Assembly: GCF_037042905.1 (NCBI RefSeq)
Contig: NC_087251.1
Span: 21,764,001-21,828,000, forward strand
Origin: Lytechinus pictus
Taxonomy: Eukaryota
Direction: 5' to 3'
Length of the DNA: 64,000 bases
In this document: piece by piece, positions 52,458 to 64,000 of the stretch
How the letters are laid out: every line of letters begins with the position of its first letter
How positions within the stretch are numbered: position 1 is the first letter of the stretch
Notes under the pieces: model-generated
What the model saw: the letters and a program-made list of their open reading frames with translations, nothing else
The model's database searches: none
Told to the model about the DNA's origin: nothing
Made by a program: the position numbers and the translations under genes

Positions 52458-53988
52458 ACTTTTTTACCCTAGAATCATGATTTTAATCATGATTCTGCAG
52501 AATCATGATTGCATTTAGGCTGCGTTTATGCGACCTCAAGCCAGAATCACGATTTAAATGATGATCTGAATCATGATTCAAAACACAAACATGAATCACA
52601 ATACTACAGAATCAGCGTTTAGACGACCTTCATTCTAACGCTGTTTCTCCTCTGATTCGGGCCGATCAAGTGCGCATCACAGTGCGCAGACCCAAGAAGT
52701 ATAGGTCAACTTTTTGCACGTGTCTCGGCTCTCGAAAAATCAATCTTTTGCTTTCAATATTCAGTCTATTATACCTCATTTTGTTTACTTTTATTTATCT
52801 TGTCAGTTTATCGAAAATGGTGTTCGAAGTGAATTTCAGCGTAATCCAATTTAATATTGACATTGTAAACTCAACAACTGAGATCATTGTCTGTCCAGTT
52901 AGTTAATTTACTAGAACTTGCAGTTAAAGCCATGAAAAAAAAACAAAAAAACATTGGACGGTGCGATAACCAACACAGAAATGCATGCGTAGCACATAAT
53001 AGCACATGCCTTGAGCTTGGCAAGAGTCACACAGGAAGCAGCCCAACACAGTGACATCATAGAATCATGATTCAAATCACGATTGCGTTTATACAACCTT
53101 TTTCGCTTGTGATTCTACAGAAACGTCTTCCCAAACGCCCCTTTTTCCATGTTTCATGTTTGTGATTTGAAAGACGTTTATTTTCACTTTTGACTAAACG
53201 TAATCGTGATTCTGCAGAATCATGATTCAAATCATGATTCTAGGGTTAAAAAGTGGCGCATAAACGCACCCTTAGTCAAAAGTGAAAATAAACGTCTTTC
53301 AAATCACAAACATGAAACATGAAAAAGGGGGCGTTTGGAAAGACGTTTCTGTATAATTACAACTGAAAAAGGTTGTATAAACGCAATTGTGATTTGAATC
53401 AGGATTCTATGACGTCACTGTGTCGGGCTGCTTTCAGTTTGACTCTTGCCAAGCTCAAGGCGCGCACTGAGCTCATTGTATGTACATGTGCTATCCTTGC
53501 ATTTCTTGTCACATGCATTTAACTTCAAGTTCTGTGTTGGTCATTGTCTCGTCCACTGCTTTTGTTTTTTTTCATATCTTAAACTTCATGTTCTAGTAAT
53601 GATCTGGACAGACAATGATCTCAGTTTTTTGTTAAGTTAACAGTGTCAATATCAAATTGGATCTATGCTGAAATTCGCTTCCAAACACCATTTTCGATAA
53701 ACCGACAAGATGAATAGAAGTAAACAAAATGAGGTATAATAGACTGAATTCTGGAAGCAAAAGATTGTATTTTGAGAGCCGAAACACGTGCGAAAAAGTT
53801 GACCTTCCTTTGTCAAACTGCGCATCATAGTGATGCTCACTGGATTGGCCCAAATCCGAGGAGAAACTGCATTGGAATGAAGGTCGTCTAAACGCTGATT
53901 CTGTGGTCTTGTGATTCATGTTTGTATTTTGAATCATGATTCAAATCATCAAATCATGATTCTGGCTTGAGATTGCATAAACGCAGCC
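52458..53988 (+). mobile_element. Family C MITE, outer copy (left TIR lost), split by an inverted copy of itself
   Basis: 52458-52517 plus 53272-53988 are colinear with 36497-37279; ends ataaacgcagcc|taa. Confidence 0.88.
52518..53271 (-). mobile_element. Family C MITE, inner complete copy in opposite orientation
   Basis: TTA|ggctgcgtttatgcgacc ... gcgcataaacgcaccc|TTA (TSD at 52515-52517 and 53272-53274). Confidence 0.92.
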
Positions 53989-56900
53989 TAAGTTAAAAAG
54001 CACAAAACTGAGTGAGTAATCGATCATGCGATCTTGGAGTTCATTATTTTGATCCCTGCATGAAACCTAACAAAAAAGATGGGTCAAAGGATTGGTTATG
54101 TCTGAAAGTTATGAATTATAGAGCCATGAATTGAACGTTCACCTGATAAAATAGGCAATGATTAATGTGTAACTTATCTATTTTGCTCTAAGTCACCATT
54201 TGACAAAGTGAGCAGTGAGCTAATAGCTTTTTAAAGATTTTTTCATAAGCCTTGGTTTTTAATAGGGTTTTAACTTAGAATTTGATGAATTTAAAAACCC
54301 TTTTGAAAAACTTTGATATTTTTACAGCACTCTCAAGATTACTTTTAGTGATTGTTATTAAGGACCATTTTGTAAGCAAAGTATGTATCTAGTCTTAAAT
54401 TTGCATAGTTCATGTCACAAATTATTTCTTGCTTTTTCATATATGTGTGCCATCCTGGGAAAATGGGTATTATAGGTGAAATTTTGGATTTTGGTTTTTT
54501 AATGTTTTCTGGTACATGGACACATGTACAATGTGTATACGAAATATTAGAGTCTAATTCATATTTAAATTAGAGATATGGCCAATTGAATCAGGGGTAC
54601 CCCCCCCCCCTGCCTGGCTGTATGGGTCGTCATGGTAGTCGGGCTTATTATTCATCTTTTCATGATAGGGAAATGTTGGTTCTTTTGTAACGCCCAACAT
54701 ACCTGGCATAGGCGAGGTGATCTTTTGTAGTGCAGACATAATTTTTATATATACACAGCTAGGCGAATACAATAAAACAAATTATTCTACATATTCAACC
54801 ACACCCACACTAGAACCCACACCCACACACTCACATTACATGCAAAAAAACCCTTATGGAGACTTTTTGGCATACTATATATAGTTCGTCATAGCGCGTA
54901 GTTTTAACATGAGAGGAGGTTCCCAGATCCAATGACTTGGGGAAGATGGGGTTGGGTAATTCATCTGATTTTTTTGTTGTTGGGGGGGGGGAGGGGCAGC
55001 TTATCATATTTTTGGGGGGTGCCCACCCCCACAGGCGCCGCAGAACATTTTTTGAAAATGGGAGGGGCTGTCCATGAAAAAAAAAAATCACAATCAAATG
55101 GTAATTTTTTACATGTTTATACATGCGTTCTGGGGAAAAAAAAGTGGGGCCAAAGCCCCTGCCCACCTCCATCCTAGATTTGTCCCTGCCCTTAACCCCC
55201 CCCCCCCCAAAAAAAAAAAAGACACCACCATGCTGTTTGTCCATACTTCACTTTCTCGCAAAGTAAAATCTAAAAAAAATCATGCTCAAGCTTTGGAAAA
55301 TAACCACAAACAAAATTCAATTTTGCAAAACCAAGTTTTTTTTCGGTGGCAATACACAATAGTGAAAAGCTGATGCGAGCTACATTTCATGAAGATTTAA
55401 TATGACAGCAACTCTTGATGAAATATCAACTTTCATTGAACTAGCGAATCAGGAAGCAGAAGGTTCACTGTTTTCATGGTAGTTTTCATTCGAGCAAGGG
55501 ATCATATCCATATTTAATGAAATGGGCCACATTTGGTTTCTTTTTAGGGATGGGGTAGTCATGAAAATATATTTCACAAATTGCTGCCAAATTATCTGGA
55601 TCACTGAAGGATTTTTTTTAAGTCACTTCGTTTGAAAAGAAGAATAAAACTGTGCGTAAAAACTTGGCTCCACATATTAATACGACAGGTATTATAACTA
55701 ACAAATACTCACAAATACATAGTCATCTTTTCTCTGCTACGTTGTAAACATCTTGTGCTTGAATAAAAAAATAATATCAGAGTTTAATTCTTGATATGGA
55801 AGAGACTACATACATTTACTCTCTTCTATGCAGCAGTATTAGCAAAACTCAGGAATGTGCATCGCTCTCCACTGTCCAAATTTGCACTAAAAATTATATA
55901 AAACACGATAATCTCTCCCTAGTGTGTGTGTTTAACATTATCACAAACTTCTTAATACAGCAGCAAACTTACCACATTTCAATTTTCTACAATGACATCC
56001 TTCTAATTGGTTAGCAAACGTTACAAATTAAGTTTAATTTTTTTATCGAAAAACTTCAGAGTTTGTTCATTCAAAGTAAAACATGTATTCATTATTCAAT
56101 TTCCTCTCCTACCGGGGAGGCCGCGGAGGCCGCGAGGTGCCTTGTCCTCATCTAAGATCTTTCCATATATCACATTCCCTCTATTTGGAAAATCCAGTTG
56201 ATAGCTTATCAGGGAGTATCTGAGAGACTATGTCAGCAGGGTTCACCAAAGGGGATAATTTTCTTCCTCTGCATTGTTTGCTTTCTTCATGTTCCAGTCT
56301 TAAAAATGCCACGTTCCAATGACTCAAATCTACATGTTTGATGAATGCAATTGAAAAGTTCACCGATATTAATGTGTTATAAAAACAGTCACATTACACT
56401 CTCATTTCTTCATGATTCATGGACATTTATCAACAACATGATATTTAAAATACATTAACTTTTCACTCTTTGGCTTTGTGTAAATGTTACTTGTATTTCT
56501 AATAAAGGTGGAAGTACTCCCTGATGTCATATTTTTCTACCAAAAATAATAAGATTTAACTATTGTTGGGTAAAAAAATCCCTCCAAAATTCATGAGATG
56601 TTCATATTTAAATGTTTAATTTGATATATCACTTGCAAAAAGCTTTCTCTGCATGAGCCTTTATCCAAATTCTATTTTTTTTCTTCATTTTTTATTGTTT
56701 TTATCATTTTATATTTTTTTATATTTTCCATAATTCTAGATTTCATGTACTAATAGTGGTAAAATAAATTTTAAAACAATATCTTATAAAACGGCAATTA
56801 ATTCGTGGAAAAATCGGTTACAACTGACATGATAAAGTAACAACTGGCACACTATTTCCATATAGAATATGAATAAAGCATGGAAAGCTACCTGAAGCTG

Positions 56901-57499
56901 TGGTAATGGTGAATCCCATATCAGAGTCTTAAAGTACTTCTTGAAGGGCTGCAGTCAGCTGTATGTTGGTTCTGAGATGTCTTGTTCTCACTGCACTAAT
57001 ACAGTTGCTCTGTAGATCCCGTGCCTTTAACATGTTTAACACAACGAAAGAAAACAAGGCCAATTAGTTAACAAATTTTCAGAGTTAAAGTTTATTTAAA
57101 AAAAAACACTACTTAAGAAAAAAAACTTAACAAAAAAACAATTAAAACTATAATTTTTTTTTTCAAAAATATGTATTTTCATTTTTCTTTATAATATTGA
57201 ATGATTTTGTGTAGAAAGTTGGCGAACCTCATGTAATGTAGCTCGACCAGATTGTAGAAAAAATAAGAAATACCCCCCACACCCGCCCCCAAAATACATT
57301 GTTATTTTTGAATAAATTTCTTATAAATTGTGACAATCTGTTTTCTAGTTATAATTTCGATATCATTTGCACAGCTTTGGTGAAGCTCATACCAAATAGA
57401 CCCCACCCCCTCCGAAAAAAAATAATTTGAAATCAGAAGTCCGACAAATAAGAATCTGTTAGAAGAGGGGATTTGAAAAATGTCCATAATTAACCGATT

Positions 57500-57960
57500 T
57501 AAAAGGGTACTCCGAGCTGAAAATAATTTCATCAAATGTAAGCAAATGCTGCAAATTTCATCAAAATCTGATAACAACTAGATCTAAAAGGGTTTTTCAT
57601 GCATTATAAAAACAGTTATATGCACGTCTTAATAAATATTCGTTAGATGGGCTGATGATGACTCCCCACTTTAACTTTTCTTATAACAAAACATGAAATC
57701 ATACTTATTTTATTTGGTCATACGTGTGTGAATGATATGTCACCTTTTTGCATGAATTAATATCTAGTCTTGGAGGGGGGGGGGATAGAACAAACATAAT
57801 TTCATGTAACAAGGTGAGACATCTTTGCATCAGTTTGTCAAGTAAATTCATAAAAACATGCATAGAACTGTTTCACCGAAATCCATATCTTTAAATTATC
57901 ATAGCTCTTTTACTCCTTGTCCAATTTTGATTTTTTTTTTATATACATTTTTTACAAACT
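57500..57960 (+). mobile_element. Degenerate TTAA-type MITE relic
   Basis: ttaaaagggtactccgagctgaaa start; aaatttcatcaaaatctg motif shared with 34862 and ~14197; right end unclear. Confidence 0.45.
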
Positions 57961-58059
57961 TGTTGCATGTGATAGATTTAACTTAAATGGTTACAAGTAT
58001 GTAACGAAGGCCTATCTAAGTACGTGCAGATCTAGATCTAGTTGATAGCCTAGGCATAC

Positions 58060-58560
58060 ATAAGTTAGATCTTAAAAAGGCCGTCAAAGTCCCGGACAAA
58101 TACCGCGAATCGCTGCAGCAGTCGCATGTAATTTGACGTTTAAAGTCGTTCCTAAAAAAGCTCTCTCTCGATCGATCCACATAAACACGCAACACAAAAT
58201 TCACATTCACGTGTTTAGTTGCCATGTTCCTCGCATCGCAATTATCAATGAATTTAACAAAACAACTCAATCTGCAACATAATTTAACTTACCTTCATGG
58301 ATTTCAGCCAAGGGAATTAAATTCAATCAACATGTATCCGAACCCGCCACCAAATATATCGAGCCGATATCCACAGTTCTGAAAAATAAAAATGCGCCTG
58401 ACATTTTTTTTTCCCCGCGGGTTGTTTGTTTTGTTTTTCCTCGCGACGCGCGCCAGACAAAAGTTTGATGACACGCGTATTTAAATGACGTCCTAGCGCA
58501 TTTATTGTCTCTCACCAATAGTCTGGTTTTTGCGCGACGCCACACATATGTGCTCATTCC
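58060..58560 (-). promoter_or_regulatory. CpG-rich promoter-like island with a minus-strand splice donor
   Basis: High CpG density against an AT-rich background. Contains CCAAT (~58514), TGACGTC (~58486), TATTTAAAT (~58478) and tttgcgcg/ggcgcgcg motifs, plus AAG|GTAAGT on the minus strand at 58293/58292. Confidence 0.5.
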
Positions 58561-58712
58561 ACCCCTAGTGTGGATCACAAGGTCTATATTGTAAAGGTAG
58601 ACCCCTTATTAAATGTTCAGACAATGAAAATTAAAATTTAAATTGGAAGATGGTAGGTGAGGAAGAAATGCTGGAATCAGCAGTTTCTTCCCAGGGATAA
58701 AATTCAGATATT

Positions 58713-59457
58713 AAGCATCGTGGTGTAGCGGTTATGACTCTCGCCTTGTAATCAGAGGGTCGTGTGTTCGATTCCCACCATGATCTAGCGTCGTTTGGCA
58801 AGGCGTCAATCCACACTTCGCCACTCTCACCCAGGTGCTAATAAGCTAGTTCATGGTTAGCTCATGATCAACTTTTCTCAAATGACCTTTGTGATTTTTC
58901 ATTAGGATAAGCACTACCATTTTCAAATGTAGATGTTGCGTAAGCTTTACTGGTAGAGTATTCAAATTCTAAGAACAAAAGGCATTGTATAGACCAGGTG
59001 ACTAGAATAGTACATCAGGGATAAAGTTTGGAAATCTGTTTTATTGTCTGCCTTTGGCACATTTGACTATTGTTTAGGCTACTGTCAAATACCAGTGATT
59101 ATGAAGGCTCTATTTATTACTCTTCAGCTTGGATGTGATAAAATGAACATTTTGAAGGGAATACATGAATAATCATCAAATCACAAATGCCTATGTCAGT
59201 GAATTTGAAAGCCACCTTCATGGTTTATCTCAAATGACCTTTTTCTGCTCGTGCGCAGTTTACAACCATGAACAGGCTTATTTGCGTACTGGTATATAGG
59301 AAACAACCGTCATTGTGGTTGGTTTAGCAAATGTGCCCTAACAGGCTGCTAGAAAGCTATGAATCCAGTGACAGGGTAATGATAATTGTGAAGCGCTTTG
59401 AGCAGTCGTAGATTGACGTCACGCTGTGTAAAAGCCGATTATTATTATTATTATTAT
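58713..59457 (+). mobile_element. tRNA-derived SINE split by a DNA-element insertion
   Basis: A box tggtgtagcgg, B box gttcgattcc and core ending ccaggtgctaa at 58841. It resumes at ~59281 and ends with aagcgctttgagc...(ATT)n. Confidence 0.78.
58842..59280. mobile_element. Short-TIR non-autonomous DNA element inside the SINE
   Basis: taagctagttcatggtt / aaccatgaacaggctta; internal direct repeat tctcaaatgaccttt near both ends. Confidence 0.7.
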
Positions 59458-60645
59458 AAGATATAATTTGCAAAATGTTTGAAATAAAAGTCGGTTCATG
59501 AATCATGATTCCTTCATGTTCAGCCTGTTCTGCTGAGAGTATATTAATTTGAATATCTCATGAGATGGGATACCTATCAACCGTTCGTCAGGAACATTCT
59601 GAGGCAATATGTTTCCATCAGCCTAAGATTGGTGATTATCGCCTAAGTGAGTAACTGACCTTGGGCTCTGCGTGGTTTGCAATATGTGTGGTATTTGAAT
59701 AGATAGACTTAGGCATACACCAAGGAGCATCTTAACCTGCAATGTAGTTGAACCAAGGAGGTTTCAAATGAGATGGAGTAACAGCATATAAAATCTCTTT
59801 GAACATGGTTAAAAGCCACCAGCAGAAAGTATGTCAGGCATGCACTTTGCTCAACATCTCTTGCAATTGTGTAGACAAATGATTCTAATTACTTTTTCGC
59901 GGCATCTTCATGATCTTGTTCTGGTTATATGTGTAGTACATAATTCGGAGGCATGCGAAAATAAACTATGCAATATGTCCTGAAATATGACTCAAATTTG
60001 CTCGACTGGGCATGTGCGGGCACTCATCTTGCATATACAGTAATGAACAACAATATTCCACCGACCACATTTGAAATTTTTATTTGCCGCAAACGATCGG
60101 AAAAGTGTTAAAATCTGGTTTCAGTAAAGGTCAAATTCTTTCTTTTTTCACCAATTAAAGGTTAATTGATATAGTCTGGGCAAATATCTCGTCGTAATAG
60201 TGCTTGGTTATTGATGTTTTGTCATGCATTCAAATTTCAGTTTGTTTATTAATATGAAAGATGGAAAATTGATACAAATGGATATTCGTAAAATTTCACC
60301 CCTCGGATTTCTTCACTGAAACTGGCGGCTTCGAAGGCGGACATCAAAAGGTCCTTATTGCCGTTCTTTCTTTTGTGCTTCTTTAGAAATGAACATCTGC
60401 TTGAATAAATTTGTTGCCTGTTGGAACTCCAGTCATAGAATCTTCTTGGTTGAACAGAGGAAGAGCTCTATGACTTACAATGATCCCTGTTATCTTGGGA
60501 TACACAAAACTCATTGGTTGCATCTTTATTCTAACCTGTTGATTACTTATTTATGTAATTACCAAAGGTTTTGTACAGGGAATTCTTGGTTTTAGTTGAC
60601 ATCAGGATAATCAAAATAGCTCATTCTAGATGTTTGTGTGATCAA

Positions 60646-60843
60646 GGGCCCGTAAAACAAAGCTTAGCAATGATTGTGGAACTTTTTTTTTTAACGATTG
60701 ATTGATTGATTTTATTCATCAAGAACATCAGGTATTATGAGATACATTGAATTAAATGAACACCTTGACAGGAAAATCCATGATTGCGTTGACTACAACG
60801 TACAAGCGTACAATTAATCGCTAACCTTTGTGTTACGGGACCC
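60646..60843. mobile_element. Palindromic Harbinger-like MITE, diverged
   Basis: gggcccgtaaaacaaagcttagc / gctaacctttgtgttacgggaccc. Confidence 0.75.
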
Positions 60844-63800
60844 TGGTCAATAGTTTGCTCTATTAGAATTAGTGGGCTTTTATGGAAACTTGGGCTGATG
60901 AAAACATGTCTTGAAGGATTTGCAGTCATGAGAGCTAGAAGGATGTACCCATCTTGCTGCGGGCAGCTGCAATTGAATTCAGCTCAGCTGTGGCTCCAAT
61001 TTCAGTCTCTTTCTCATGTCATCCCTGGTGGTATGGATGAAAACGGGTCCGGAGCGGTGATTGACGTCGAGGATTGTCGTGCAGCCACGCAACAATTAAA
61101 ATTTGGTTGCAATATGTAGTGCAGGCTCTGAAGAAACTATTCAAACGCCCCTCGGGCAACTTATGGTAGGAATAGCATTTTTGAGTGGTGCGTATGTATG
61201 AGAGAGAATGAATGCAGAAAGGAAAAAAAAATATCAAGATCAGGAAGACAAAGAAGATGAATTCAGATGAAAGAAAAGATTCAGTGAGAGAGAGAGAGAG
61301 AAAGAGATAGGGAAAGTACCATAAATTGGAGAGTAACAATTAGGGAAATATATGAGCTTGGAATAGCAAATGAAAATGAAATAATCCCTAGTGAAAAATA
61401 TATTGACAAAGGTTTGAAGTATCAACTAATCCAAACATATCCAGTCCAAGTTAATACTTATATCGTGTAAAGATGAACAGTGATTTTTATTGAAATAAGG
61501 GAGCACATTTTCTGTAGACCATTATGAATCAGAAAAGAAAGGAAGACATTGGAGATTGAAATTTGTATGTGGGCAATTTTTTATAGTGAAAAGGTAAAGA
61601 AAAATAATCATGAGATATATTAGGGGGGCATTTTGTAAGAGGAAATGAGCGAGGGAAATGAGACAGAGGTGAAGACATACAACAGAGTGATCTCTTGTTT
61701 ATTTGAAATGTTAAGCACTGGTTTATTATTTTTTATGTTGTTTCTCTTCATTGATTTAGTGCCACTGCCAGCAATCATAGTCTCCAAATTGTATATAGTC
61801 AAAATCTTTGGTTTGGAGGCAAAAAATAGGCAAAACAAATTTACAGTGCAAAATGGTCTTCTTTTTCTTCTCGAGATATCATTTCAGCATTTTCTGGCAC
61901 TCCCGAAACCCAACACCTGATGTACGTCATCTTGCAAAAAGAAATGATCGATTCTTTACACAAATAGCGAGGCTAACCATCATAAGACTATTACAACATT
62001 TATTACTTTAAATTGCATCTTTTGGTGAGCTAGTTTCTCAAATGTCATTCTGTTTTCAAGGCTTCTTCCCCAGGAAAAATGATTTTTCCGCACACAAATA
62101 AAATATAATTAATACCCTTCACCGCATAGATGAAATGAAATTTTAATGTCAAGGAAACACTGTCAGATTTCGAATTTATTTGCAGTTGATGGGATATAAA
62201 AAGAAGTTAAATCCACCTATGGCACAAGATAAAAGAATTTTAATGTCAAATGACATTTGACTTTTGCCTTTGTGCCAGAGTAATGTTTGGAATAGAACCA
62301 AAGGAGATGTATTGAACATTTCCAGCTGCATATCAAGGGTGCCCATAAAGCTGTTTTAGAAATAGTAATTGAAGTTTAATAATGGGGAATGCATGCTCGA
62401 GATACAGCGATTAAGCTCTCAACCCTATTGTTAAGACATTAATTGGAGAGGTCGGTGAAATCTGGAATACCAGCTTGTGTTTGATGGGGAAATCTCAATA
62501 TCATGTGAATTACTTTTCGCAAGTCTGGCAAGACTCTTCATATGTGGAAAACAAATTGTATGTTTCTTTTCATTAAATTATAGATATTTTTGGAATTGCG
62601 GATTCAATGTTATAGTAATGCAGTGGAAAAGTCTGGATTATGGCATATTTTCAGCTTTATCAAAAGTACTACTCTACAATGGCACAGTGGAATTGAGTAG
62701 AAAAAAATTATATTTTTTTAAGGAGCACATTTGTTATTCCTTTTTAATACTGACATAAAAGCAATGTAGAAATGCCTTGCCTCTCATATTATATTGTATT
62801 ATTATTTATTTTCTGATTTTATTATACTATGATTTATATTATACTGGGTAAAACATGAAGATAATGCACTTTTACTATGTTCATATATGCCAGTATGTAA
62901 AGGGAATAATTAGTTAACTTTTTTCTCAATCCCTGTTCATATATTGTCAAAGTGTTGTGATTTAGAGAGCAATATTTCATTATTCTTATTCGAATGTATT
63001 TAGGAAATGGTTTCATGTAACTGGAACATATTTAACTTATCATAGTGAGTTTATATTACAGTGTCCTTTCCAGTGTCCTGTTAGTAAAATATTCACCCCA
63101 AATTATAATATGGAGCAAGCAATGATCAAATTTCACCAAAACATGAATACCCATGAAATTTCTGCAATAGTTGTGAATAGGCAGCATATGTCAAAAGGTT
63201 TGAATCAATGATACAGTTTTTATAGGAAGTTATAGCATTCACACCAGCAAAGTATTAGGTGTATTTTCTAATTTGACAAGTGTGAATGCTGTTATTAAGT
63301 AGGATACAAAGCTACGCTAAAAGACCTCGAATAAAAAGCCAGGAAGAAGCCCTGTCCCTCTTCCTTTTCATTTATAAATTGGGTCATCCAAACATTACTG
63401 GCTAAGCCTTTATAATGATGCTCTACTTTCAGAAGACTAGACTTCATATACAGCAATCGATTTACAGAATTAGCCCATTGCCATTTTAGCCTAGTTTTCA
63501 GGAGTAGTGGCCAGACCTAGAATGATGTCAAAAAGTGGTCATGCCATCAGGGTCCTGTTTCATGTAACTTGATATTGATTACAAGTGCAAAATCTGTATC
63601 ACTCTTAACCAACCAAAAGGCTGTCTCCAGGATTCTGTTATTGCATCAAGTTTTGATGAAATGGAGACAATATGGATGATTCTGGTTTGAACTTGGGATG
63701 TATGATCTTCATTCTTTCTTGAAAATATCTTTTATTGGAACTAAATTGGTGATGTCATGAGGAATTGAATACTTCTGTAGTCTTGATGTGCTTCTGTTGT

Positions 63801-64000
63801 GCCTAGTAACCATGACTATGTTGAAATCTTTTATATTCTTTCCTTGGGTGGTATTCATTGGTTCTTGACTTATGCCATTCATTCTGGAAAATGTTCTCTT
63901 TTTCGCGATGGTTTAAATGTTCATTTTCATGTTTTTAAGATGACAAATAGTGTATAAGCTCAGTTCATTTTTCCCTGAACAGATTATGCAGTGATGTATT

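Noticed and set aside
54831..55373. Overlapping G/P/K-rich ORFs
   Set aside because: Produced by homopolymer G/C/A runs in decayed repeat sequence.
56095..56195. Collagen-like GLRGLPGRRG on the minus strand
   Set aside because: Only three Gly-X-Y triplets, arising from a short ggccgcg(g)a duplication, with no supporting exon structure.
58713..58790. tRNA gene
   Set aside because: A and B boxes are present, but there is no acceptor stem pairing and it continues into SINE core sequence. The same applies to 18491-18551, 32730-32789 and 49933-50005.

Overview
This window is AT-rich, intron-dominated eukaryotic DNA. The repeat families resemble those of echinoderms or sea urchins, but that is an inference. 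The only well-supported coding sequence is the start of a + strand gene. A signal-peptide exon (ATG at 6220, donor after 6292) splices in phase 1 to one CCP/Sushi exon (7054-7251). I could not recognise a further exon in the remaining ~57 kb. Most other structure is non-autonomous mobile DNA. A 3.6-kb foldback element with tandem-repeat arms and an 8-bp target-site duplication (TSD) occupies 80-3694. There are also Tc1/mariner-, Harbinger-, hAT- and Kolobok-like MITEs, Helentron/HINE-like core-repeat elements, tRNA-derived SINEs, and a Penelope-like relic carrying a decayed hammerhead motif. Several insertions are nested, including one element inside a copy of itself. A CpG-rich promoter-like island at ~58.0-58.6 kb has splice signals suggesting an antisense transcript. 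I found no transposase ORF, rRNA, true tRNA or CRISPR array, and almost all ORF-track entries look spurious. Family assignments rest on termini and TSDs read by eye, with no database search.
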